Part shown: positions 1 through 12,378 of the stretch, piece after piece | Position numbering within the stretch: the first letter of the stretch is position 1 | Layout: each line of letters opens with the position of its first letter | Assembly: GCA_012295275.1 (NCBI GenBank) | Contig: CM022679.1 | Location: 1,860,001-1,924,000 of the forward strand | DNA length: 64,000 bases | Direction of reading: 5' to 3' | Origin: Chrysomallon squamiferum | Lineage: Eukaryota > Animalia > Mollusca | Program-made: the position numbers and the translations under genes | Notes under the pieces: model-generated | What the model was told of the DNA's origin: nothing | Seen by the model: only the letters and a program-made list of their open reading frames with translations | The model's database searches: none

Positions 1-124
1 TCTTCTCCATGGGAAGGTAACTATATAAGATTTCTCTCTACTACTCATAAAGAGAAGCTTACAGAAGTTTAGTTTCTTATTACATATAATTAAATAATCT
101 CCAAGGATAAAGTTGATAACAAAC

Positions 125-378
125 CTGGATTTAATTTTCTGCAGTTGGTCAACCTGGTCACCCAGCTCGTTGGCAGCGTCAGCATGTTTCTTGCGCAGTG
201 CTGCCACCTGGGCCTCATGTTGAAGTGTCTGCTCCTCGAGATCACGACGAAGTTTCAAAAGTTCCTGTTCACGTTTCTTGTTCAACTCAATCTGAGCCGC
301 AGTAGCACCACCAGCCTCATCAAGTCTCTCACTGAGGTCTTCCAACTCACGACTTAGTTCAGTCCTCTGCTTCTCTAC
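125..378 (-). CDS. Mhc: Mhc rod exon ([37 protein letters not shown]...DQLQKIKS)
   Basis: Manual translation; conserved [18 protein letters not shown]; cag acceptor at 379-380. Confidence 0.95.
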
Positions 379-2980
379 CTGTTAGCAAATTATTTACTTG
401 TTTATAACTTAGTTCAGTCCTCTGCTTCTCTACCTGTTAGTAAATTATTTACTTGTTTATAACTTAGTTCAGTCCTCTGTTTCTCTACCTGTTTGTAAAT
501 TATTTACTTGTTTATAACTTAGTTCAGTCCTCTGCTTCTCTACCTGTTAGTAAATTATTTACTTGTTTATATAATTTAGTTTATAACAGTTTCTCTACCT
601 TGTTTGTTTACTTGTTTAAATTTAGTTCAGTTTCTCTACTTGTTTGTAAATTATTTACTAGTTTATAACTTAGTTCAGTCCTCTGTTTCTCTACCTGTTA
701 GTAAATTATTTACTTGTTTACAACTTAGTTCAGTCTCTGTTTCTCTACCTGTTAGTAAATTATTTACTTGTTTATAACTTAGTTCAGTTTCTCTACTTGT
801 TTGTAAATTATTTACTAGTTTATAACTTAGTTCAGTCCTCTGTTTCTCTACCTGTTAGTAAATTATTTACTTGTTTACAACTTAGTTCAGTCTCTGTTTC
901 TCTACCTGTTAGTAAATTATTTACTTGTTTATAACTTAGTTCAGTTTCTCTACTTGTTTGTAAATTATTTACTAGTTTATAACTTAGTTCAGTCCTCTGT
1001 TTCTCTACCTGTTAGCAAATTATTTACTTGTTTATAACTTAGTTCAGTCCTCTGTTTCTCTACCTGTTTGTAAATTATTTACTTGTTTATAACTTAGTAC
1101 AGTCTCTGTTTCTCTACCTGTTAGTAAATTATTTACTTGTTTATAACTTAGTTCAGTCTCTGTTTCTCTACCTGTTTGTAAATTATTTACTTGTTTATAA
1201 CTTAGTTCAGTCTCTGTTTCTCTACCTGTTTGTAAATTATTTACTTGTTTATAACTTAGTTCAGTCTCTGTTTCTCTGTTAGTAAATTATTTACTTGTTT
1301 ATAACTTAGTTCAGTCTCTGTTTCTCTACCTGTTAGTAAATTATTTACTTGTTTATAACTTAGTTCAGTCCTCTGTTTCTCTGTTAGTAAATTATTTACT
1401 TGTTTATAACTTAGTTCAGTCTCTGTTTCTCTACCTGTTTGTAAATTATTTACTTGTTTATAACTTAGTTCAGTCTCTGTTTCTCTACCTGTTTGCAAAA
1501 TTTTTAGTTTAGTTCAGTCTTATAAATAATTTACATAAATAATTTACTTTACTGCATTTTATAAATAGCTTAATTCAATCCTGTTTCTCTACATTTTTTT
1601 TCAAGTTATTTAGTTTAGTTCTGTCTTACAAATCATTTACTTTATTGTGTTTTATAAATAATTTAGTTCAGTTCGGTTTATCTATTTGTAAATATTTTAC
1701 TTTATTCTGTTTTACAGATAATTTAATTTAGTTGTGTTTTATAAATAATTTAGTTGTGTTTTATAAACAATTTAGTTGTGTTTTATAAATAATTTAGTTT
1801 AGTTGTGTTTTATAAATGATTCATTTAGTTGTGTTTTATAAATAACTTAGTTTAGTTATGTTTTATAAATAACTTAGTTTAGTTGTGTTTTATAAATAAT
1901 TTACTTTTGTTATATATTATAAATAATTTAGTTGTGTTTTATAAATTATTTAGTTTAGTTGTGTTTTATAAATAATTTACTTTAGTTATATATTATAAAT
2001 AATTTACTTTAGTTCCATTTTATAAATAGTTTAGTTGTGTTTTATAATTAATTTAGTTAGTTTTGTTTTATAAATAATTTTGTTTAATTCTGATTCATAA
2101 ATAATTTAGTTGAGTTGTATTTTATAAATAATTTACGTTAGTTCTTGTAAATAAATAATTTACCTGGATCTAATAACATTATGAAAAAATAAATTATTTT
2201 AAAAATAAACTATCTGAACAAATGATAAAAAATAACTTGCTCATTTCTAACCTGAAGGCTGAAGATTTTATTTATCTATTTTCCCGACATTTCAGATAAA
2301 CTGGTATTTATTTTCATTAACATTTTTATCAACAAAGTTGTTTATTTTTTAATTCAGTATTGAAAAAAAAGAAAGAAAGAACTGATATAAGAATATATTA
2401 AAACAATTTACTCAACATAGACCCAGAGTGTTTGAAGCAAAATCCTCAGATAGAAATAATAACTAGATTCTGCCTGTACAAACTTTCTAACACTGATTAA
2501 ATTTGTACAAACAAGATTTTTCTTTCAGTTAAACAGTTTTCATTCTGATTATTATTCTGACAGAGACTGAAAATTCTAGAACATTTGTAAGATAACATTA
2601 GTTACATATACCAGGAAAACACCTAATGTTCTGAAGTTAAATTCCAAAATAAATTAAAAGTGAACTCATTTCAAAATGATAACTATACATGTAGTGAGCT
2701 TATAACAAAGTGTTAAACAATTGAACCCATTTCAAAAAGATAACAATACATGTTGTCAGCCTATATCACATAACTAAAGCAGATCCATTTAATTACTACA
2801 CTTGTCAAAGAAAATGTGTATCTTTTTCCAATAACAACATTGTTGTAGTATCTGTCATGAAATATTAACAATTACTTGTATACTTTTTACAACTATTCTT
2901 TTATTCAACATTCTCTAGAAATTTAACTTTAAAAAAAAAAAGAATACTGAAAACTCATCCCCACCCTAACAAAGAAGAAA

Positions 2981-3011
<31 letters not shown>

Positions 3012-6000
3012 TGTGGTAGAGAAAGGAATAAAACAAACAAAAAACCCCAACCATCCCTATAAAAGAATGTGAGAAATGTTTTTAATTCAATTATTTCTTT
3101 TGTTACAGTGGTTTGTTGAAATACCTGTCCTAAAAAGGAGTAAGTTGAAATGCCTGTTACCTAAAATGGAGATAAGTTAAACACTCACCTTGGCCCTGGC
3201 CTGTCTTTCAGCTTCTAGCTCCTCTTCAAGCTCTTCAATTCTCGCCTGCAATGCACGAGTTGTCATGGTTACTATAAAACTTATGACATTAGAGGGAAGG
3301 AGGGGACAGGAGGGGAGAACAGACTAGACACAAGTCCTTACATGTATGATGTTGAAAAATCTGCTTAACTCGACTTCATCTCAGCTGCATTTTTCACATG
3401 TGAGTCAGGTCTACTTTGACTGTCAAGGGGTTCAAATTATCCATATCTGTCCAGTCCAGTCTATTTTACACACAAGGGGTAAATGGAATGTTTGAACTTT
3501 TTTTCCTTTTCTTCTTTGAAAAGTCTTGATGCATTTTGCACATTTCAAGACAGACGATGACATCACAGAAGAATTGTCTGAGTTAAAAATAGTTCACCAT
3601 CAGTACTGTTTTGGTTGTGCAGTAAGCCAGTATGTTCCAGAGTTTACTCTTACCTTGTGAAATGTGCCCTGGTTCTTTCACTTGTCAAGTGAATTCCAGG
3701 GAGGAACTGAAGCCAGCTTACAGAAATAACAGCTGGCAGATGAAGTAAGATAAGTAATTCTAACAAGGGATGATTGATTCTCCCAGTGAGAAAAGCAAAT
3801 TTGCTTGTTAAAATTTCATCTGCTGAAAAAGGCTGAGCTGATAGAAAACTGTGAGTCAGGGGAAGAGGTGAAAAATAGCTAAAATTTACTGTCAGAAAGT
3901 ACCAGATTACCCATGTCATTATTTCACCATCACACAGTATTAACTGTATGAGATTTGCACTAATATATTATAATACTTTCTCAGCTGTAGCACAATCACA
4001 TTATATTACTATCTATATTTATCTTAATCAACATTACTAGCATAAGAATTGTTGTAATATTATTATAATATAAAATTAAACAAATTTACAAAAGAATACT
4101 AAAACCACATTACAGAACATATATACTTCTGTAATATCAACATAATCAGAGTATGATGTGTATTTACATTTTAATTTCTACCTACTACATTCTGAACTTT
4201 CAAAATATTTACATCTTTTTATCTTTTTTTTATCATCTTGTGGCTACAAATGTTTTTAGACCTTTTCCAGTTACAGAACATAATCAACATAATGTAGTTT
4301 ATCAAAATAATAATAACAACAACAATCAGCTTTAGTATACAGGAGAGAAAGAGAATAAATAATTTCGAAACAAAATTTACTGGTACTTGTAAAATCTATT
4401 TAAATATTTACTCTGTATATTAAATACAAGTAATTTTTGAAATATTCAGCATTTCATTTAGAATATAAAATAATTAAAACAATAATTATATAATATAAAA
4501 AAATGGGGTTTTTTACGAACAAAATTTTTCTTTTTGGAAAATTATTAAGCAGCTAATGATGAAATTGACTTCATAAACTTTTTATGTAAAAAAACATGAA
4601 TTTTCAAGCTGACTTTTCAAAGAAATAAAATGTTGCTATAACAGATTTATATATTTAAGACTGGATGAAGGTAATGATGATATTTAAAGGTTACGTTACT
4701 TCTAGAAGATTCTTTAGGCCTGGTGACACATGGCCGAGATCGGCTGCTGCTCGGATGACTCTGCGGCTCTGAAGACTTAGGCCCGGACTGATGGGTTCGA
4801 AACTACTACTGAACAGGAGAGGGTGTGTACCAATAGATTCCAGGACAGACGGACTGGTCGAGTGAAAGTCCCTGCGCAGTTCCTTTAAGTAAGAATCCCC
4901 AGTCGCATAATCCGACTTATAGCGATATGATGATTTGGAAGTAGATGAAGTTTTACTTGAACTTTTTTTACTTGATGTCCCTTGATGTGAACTTTTTGGT
5001 TGTCTTGGCCGTGTTTCTGGTTCACTGGCCGGCTTCGGTTTCTGTTCACTGGCCGGCTTCGGTTTCGGTTCACTGGCCGGCTTCGGTTTCGGTTCACTGG
5101 GTGGCGGCTTTGGTTCACTGGGTGGTGACTGTGGCTTTGGTTCGGGTGGTTTAGTCTTCTTGACCGTCACCTGTTGTGGCTCCACGCTAACAATAGTTTC
5201 CTGTGGGGCAGGGGGTGCCTGCACTGGTGGAGGTGATGGTTCACTCACAGGGGCAGTTTCTGTCTTCGTATCTAAAACTTCATCCACCGCTACACCATTG
5301 GTTGTCATGGTTATAAATATGTTGTAATAAAAGCAGTTATATCACAGTTTTATCAGGAGGAAGTTAAAAACAGAGTGATTTCAAAGAGCTGTTATCATAC
5401 ACACAGACAGATATCCGCCTTGGATAAATATTGGTACACTGTATGCTCTGTGTGGTGGTTCGGTTTATAAACCGGCTGCCATTAGAAATACAACTGGAGA
5501 AAGTAGGTTTGCCTCAAGAAAAGTGAACACGGACATTAGGCCTGCAGACAATAGTTACCTACCTTTAAAGGCTGCACCTCTAAAAATATTAAACTCCGAT
5601 GAGCTCATCACCTAGCAACCAAATCATGACCTCAGCAACCCTAAGCTTCACTAACTCAAGTTTTTGGCACAAGTTCCTTTCTCTATTTTTTTCACTTTTC
5701 TTATTTTAGCTCAAGGAAATGAGAGAAAAGGAAAAGGTGGAAAATTAGTCAGGGATGTTGGGGTGGGAGAAAAACAAGATGCAAACTAAAAGTGTAAGAG
5801 AAAGTTAAAAGAAACAAGGAGAACAGACAGTATTAAAGTGTATAATAACAAATAACACGAATGATTAATTAAAACGTGGAATGTACTATTGTAGGAATGA
5901 CAGACTGCAGCTATCTGATTACACTCTGCCAGTCTTCTCCTTATTTAGATAAACTGCTGGTGTTGGGTTTCACAGGAATGAGGATGTACTCAAACATGCA

Positions 6001-6124
6001 CAGCTAAACAAAATTCACTTTATCATCACTGAACACTGCAGATACACTGCATAATTAGGATTATTACATGGGTTCTTAAACATTTATCTTAAGTTTTCTT
6101 TTTCTATCTTTATTACATACCAAT

Positions 6125-6165
<41 letters not shown>

Positions 6166-9100
6166 AAGCCAAATCAGCATGATACAACATTTTTCACAGT
6201 AATGTACTATTATTTTCTACTTTATTATTATTTTAAATATTTTTAGTCTTTTGTTTTAAAAGAAATATTCATATATTGTCTGCTTTTTGAAGCACAAAAA
6301 AAAAATCAAATATTTTAATAACAACAGCAGCAATAGATTACAACAGCTTTAGCCAAGAGAATAAAATAATAACTTTAAATAAGAGAAGAAAAAGAAGATT
6401 AAACAGATATGTTACACAATATATAACTAACATAATTCACATATATTACAAAAACAAATTTAGAGTTTGAAGCAGACATTTGGATTATTGTTTCAAGATA
6501 ATTTTCTCTCCTAAGAATACCTGGTAATTTGAAAAGTAGCAGGTATGTAGAAACATCTGTCAATTAATTAGTCTTGTATACACACGCTGACTGACAGCCT
6601 GCCAAGTTAGCTGCCAGCAGTGAGATTTAGCCTGCACTAAACACGGCTTATAACACGCAGATATTTACAAAAACACTTTGGACATTGTTAACATCACTCA
6701 TGTCAGAACTTGTCATAATTTTCACTTTTTACATCTCTGTCTGTGTATCAAAACCTGTGTATAAACTTGGAATAACTGTAAAAGAAACTACCAGTAAATT
6801 GGACAAGCACACTAAACCTTCTTTATCACTTTATTTTATTTCTTAGTTTAAGCCCAAGCAGTAAAATATATTTAAATTTTCCAGTATTAAGTTGTGTGAG
6901 TTTGTTAGTAAATACAAATATTATACAAATAAAATTAAAGTCTTTAAATATTAAGACTTGCATTAATTTAGGAGTCAGTGAAATAAAACATTATTAAATT
7001 TTATTTAGTATTATTAACTTTACATGAATTAATTATAGTTACCTGTGACTCTAAACATCATATTTAATGTGCAATAAAACATTAAGAAAATAAATAAATA
7101 AATATTATTTACCTTTTAGTGGTGGGAATGTAATAATCACATTTCTTTAAAAGTATTTCATATGATTCAGTGAATTATATATCTATATTATGGTATGGAT
7201 TTCTATATTTATTTTCTTAAGTTTCAAAATATTTCACTCTCAAATAGTTCAATAAAGAATAATATTATGATATAAATTTCTTTAATTATTTTGTTTTGTT
7301 TCAAAGTATTTATTTCAATAAGTAAATTACATATTTGATTTCTCTAATCCCTGCAGTGTGTAATTTACTGTTGTTTTCTGTAATATCATTTCAGTACATC
7401 CTGACCTTCGTCTGACCTTGCAGAAGGCAAACTGATAATATGGGAGATGTTCTTGAGATAGTGGCCTAAAATATTTTCTGACTTTTCAGTTTCTAAAAAT
7501 AGTCAGGACATGTTGCAAACTCCCAAAGTATTGTTAATAAAATACTAAAACAAAGAAAGGAAGAAAGAAAAAGAAAAAAGCAGAATGAATGGAAGAAAAC
7601 ATGAAAAAGAAAGAATAAAAAAGCTAAAGGTAAAGACAATATGCTTTCTACTTATTTGTACAAAGAAAGAAAAAGAAAATACTTTAAGATATTTCTGTAC
7701 TTATTCACTTGTGTAAAAATCTTACTTGTCAAAGTTCCAAGTTGCAAATTACTACTGTTTTGAAGAAAAAAACAGATATTTAAAATAAAATCTTATCCAT
7801 TTTAACCTTTCAAACATCTGCGATAAACTATCAGATATTTGCTTCCTCTTAATATTACATAACTTAAGAAAAAGAAAAAAAAAAAGGAAAAAGTTATAAA
7901 TAGACAATGAGAATTTTAGCCTGGATTCTGGGGGGTTCATTATTATTTATTATTATTTATTATTATTTTTTTATTATTTTTTTTATAACAGAACTTAAAG
8001 GGAAGCCACATACTTTATTAGAATTACAATTGCCTTTATGTTAACAAAATAAATGAGTCTTAATATTTAAAGAATAGTCCATACAGTTTGAGAAATATAA
8101 TTTTATTTGTAATTTTTTTAATGCAACAAGTTCTTGATGTTTATGAAATAAATATTACTGCAAATAAGTTTATACAGCTGTATTTATGAAAACCTTTAGG
8201 TTTAACAGTCTGAAATAATGTAGTGTATATTATCAATTATTTACTAAGGTATATAATAATAATCACTCTGTGAAGAAGAAGAAGAAAAGCAAGAAAATTA
8301 CAAATAAAATGTCCAAATTGCTACTGGGTAATTTCTCTTTATTGTTATTTTATCTATCTTAGCTGCGCCAGTGAAAATACACCTTCAACAATATTTTCCT
8401 CTCATATTTATTTTTGCTTATATAAATTAAAAAAATAATTAATAATTAAAATATTAAAACTTTAATTTAACTTTAAAAAATAGAAAATCTGTGGTATTTT
8501 GTATTGTTTAAAAATCCTGAAAATTCTATAAGTTTAACATATCATCTGGCTTACTCATGAGAGCTGGGTTAAAAAACTAAAAAGAAAAGAAGAAAAAAGA
8601 AAACACTAAATTTTAATAATTTCTTATAAGAAAACCAGAGATAGTTAAAACTGAAGACAACATTTTAAAATGAAAGTATTTGTATAAAAACCATCAATTT
8701 AAAAAATACAGCAGTTAAATATGAGATTAAAAACTGTGTCTGCATACCACACTTGTTAAAGTCGTAATATAACACTGTTAGTTACATTCACATTTCATGT
8801 TGCAAGTACATTTAATTCAAAATGTCTAGAGTTAGGAGGGAATTAGTGACCTAAAAACAAATTTCTAAATGGTTGGGGTGGAATTGGACAAAACATTATT
8901 ATTTAGCTGGAAGAAGTACAGACAACAAAGGGATGCAATTAAAAATATAACTTTAAAAAAATCAAAATCAAATGTATTCTTGGGAGAAAGATAATGTAAA
9001 TATATGTTAAACAGTTTTTGTATTTATTTATATCATGTTTGTTGATTAAATACTCACCTTTGTAATATACAGTTTATATATTCATATAAATTAAACTATA

Positions 9101-12100
9101 AAAAGTTAACACATGAAATAAATGAAGAACAAAATGGGTCTTTTAAATTATAAATTTGATTCAAATGTATGAAAATGTTTATTCAATTAATAAACAAAAC
9201 AAAAGAAAAACAACAACATAAATAAACAATATAAAATTAAAATGTGCTTCCATATATTGTGAGGAACTCTGGACAATCACATTTCACGAAAACAAAATGA
9301 GTATGTTTTGTGAAAAACCGAGGAAACCAAACTTAAATAAATATATAGAATCCAGTTTATGTGAGACCGGTTTTAAAGAGTTTATTTGTGGGTAGGATGT
9401 GGGTAACAGAACTGAAAAGAAAAGGTTTTAAATAAAGAAGAAAGAAGACGGGAACACTCAGGGTTTCACAGCAAACTCTTTATTTTCTCTTTAGTATTTC
9501 TCACTTACCTCTGTTCCTAGCCTGTCTTCAGTAAATCTATTTCTTTACTTCAGAAAATGTCCTTTGTTCGTTTACAGATGTGCTTGGTAATAGCTGCTTT
9601 TTTAATAAACATTGTATTTTAAGCATGATTAATTCCTGTGAGTTTTTTTCCCAATAGTTTACATCATGTATTTCTTCTGCATCAGTTTCTTCTTTCTTTT
9701 TTATCTTCAGTTTTGTAGTTTCATTATTCCAGTTCTTAAACAGTGGAAGATTTTAGGTATTCTGGTCTTATAAGAGGGATTTTAGAATTTGCAGGCCTTC
9801 AACAGGGGATTTTCAGTATTCTGCTTTAATAGCACGACATTCTTATAATTTCCAGTCCTACAGAGAGGGAATTTTAGTATTCTGGTCTTATAGGAGGATA
9901 TTTTGCATATTCCAGTCTTACATTTTCATTTTCACTACTACCATTTTAAAGTAGAGAAGTTTCATATTTGGTTTTATTGCAAAGAATTTTCTGTCTTTCC
10001 TTCTTAAAGTAGGGGACTTTCAATATTTCAGTCTTGAAGCTGGGGATTTTCAATATTCTAATATCTTCCATTTTGTAGTCTTATAACTTAGTTTGTCAGA
10101 TATGTTTATCAGCATTCAGTATTCCAAGCATGTTATCTTTTGCTTTCCTGTATATCTTGGATTTTTTCCAGTATTCTCTTTTTTAAAAGGTCATTCCAGC
10201 AGGAAGGTATATTGAAGTTTAGCAATAAATAACATGCAGTAGTACTGGGTGGGAGTATTTATATAACAATCTGGGTGTGAATTCATTTGATAAAAATAAT
10301 ATGTAAGGGAAACAAATTCTCTTCATAACTTCTGACAGAAATCAGGTTTTGTAATCTGATATATTTATTCTACAGATATGATAAATGAAAAGATGGGAGG
10401 AGGATTTCTTATCTTTTGCTAATTAAAATTAAGGAATTTGGTAAACCAAATCAAAATTGCAAGTAATGTAACACACTTGGGAAAATACATTTTTAAGTTA
10501 GTTTGGAATGTCTCACATCTCCAGCATACCAACACACAAGTGTACAAACATAATGTTTATATTTTTTGGAAAATATCTGTAAAATTATATTTAAAAAACA
10601 TAGAGAAATTTTATACTAGCAGTTAAAAACAAATAGTTAATGATTGTAAATTAAACTCTATTGCATTGAATGTATTTTAATCCAAATTATATTTTTATTT
10701 TTATGGTAATGTTTTTATATAATAGGAGAGATGGTACCTGTAGTTCTTTGATCTTCTTCTGCAGTGAGGCTACCAAGGACTGTTCATCCTCCAGTTTTGT
10801 GTTGAGACTGTTGATCTCTACATCTTTCCTTTAAAATAAAACACAGTTGATGCTTATCTGTGAAGTAGTTCAGTGTTTTAGCTGAAAGTAGACTCCAGCA
10901 TAAAAACAGCATATCAGATTTCAATAATAAGAAACTTGATGATTTATTTTCAGCATATTAATAATATTCATATAATAAACAACATATTAATACAACTATA
11001 GATAATAGTGTATATTGTAACATTTGTTGAGATATATTATTTATATAAAATAAAACAAATATTAATATAAAAATAAATTAAAGACAGAAACCAGTGTACA
11101 ATGAAAATTTACCTTCTGACATTTTCTTCCAGTTCTCTCTTGACTCTCTCTAGGTCCTCCACTGTTTCTTGTGTCATTTTGAGGTCCTGTTCTAATTTAC
11201 GTTTAGCTTTCTCAACATCAGCTCTAACTTTTTTCTCCCGTTCCAAATTGTCTTCCAGCTCATCCAGGGTCTGCTCCAGTTTTGTCTTCAACTTGCTGAG
11301 GTGATTCACTTTGTCTTCCTCCTTCTGAAGATCTTCTAGAGTCTTCTTCTGCAGCTCCTCCAGATTCTTCTTCTCCTTGGACAGTTTGGTTATTTGATCA
11401 TCCTGCTGAGCCAGCTCATCTTGAAGTGTTTTTATCTGGTTATCTTTTGTCTGTTTTTCCTGTTCTGCCTTGGCCAGTGATGTTTCTAAGTCTTCCACAT
11501 CTTTCTTGTACTCTTCAATCTCAGCCTCGAGCTTTTTCCTTTTCTCTGCTGCTTCTGCTGCTGCATCTTCCTCATCTAGGAGTCTCTCCTCCATCTCCTT
11601 CACACGCTCCTCCAGGTCAAGTTTCTGAACAACCAGTTTCTCAATTTTCTCCTCTGCATCTGCAAGGTTGTCCTGCTCAGCCTGCAACTGAAGAAACAGA
11701 TCATTCTTCTGCTGAAGCAGTGTGACATTCTGCTCCTCAAGCTCCTTTCTCCTCTCCTCTGTTTTCACCAGCTCCTCTTTGGTCTTGGATAACTCTTGTT
11801 CTTTCATCTTCATCTCATCCTCAGCTCTGGCAACATTCAACAGAGGCTTCACCTTGATGTACAGCTTCCACCACAGCCAGTTTCTCAGCCCCAGCCATTT
11901 ACGAATGTTCCTCTGGATTACACACAAGCCAATCCTGTCACCAAAAGCAATAATCACATATTTTAAAACAATGATATTTCCAGATGTATCAAAACATTTA
12001 CTGAAAAAGCAAAATAATACTGAGTAATGTCCATCTCATTAAAAATCAGAAATAATGTTTGTATTTCTGCAAAATAATTCAAAATAATTAAGGCATATTA

Positions 12101-12336
12101 ATTTTAGTTTATTTATTTCCTGCTTATAAAGAAATACCAATTACCTGAGTTTCCATACTTGTCAGAAAAAACATTCAGTGAATAATTACAAGTAAAAATT
12201 TAAAAAGTTTGTTTCAATTATTAATATTCCAATTTTTTTTAAGAAACATTTATTCTTTATAAAAAAGAGCATGAAATTTAAAAAATATATATTTTATTTA
12301 TTTATTTATTCATTTTATTTTATATAATTTTTATTA

Positions 12337-12378
<42 letters not shown>

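Noticed and set aside
352-1500. CRISPR-like appearance of the regular repeat, and the repetitive ORF 1256..1498
   Set aside because: Units are contiguous with no unique spacers, there are no cas genes and the context is a eukaryotic intron; the ORF is a by-product of the repeat
3650-3919. 89-aa minus-strand ORF ending at a good donor (AAG|gtaaga, 3653) in the catchin intron
   Set aside because: The ORF frame is not the phase-0 frame needed to join ARIEELEEE, the phase-0 frame has a stop 9 codons back, and the peptide is unrecognisable; a non-coding exon cannot be excluded
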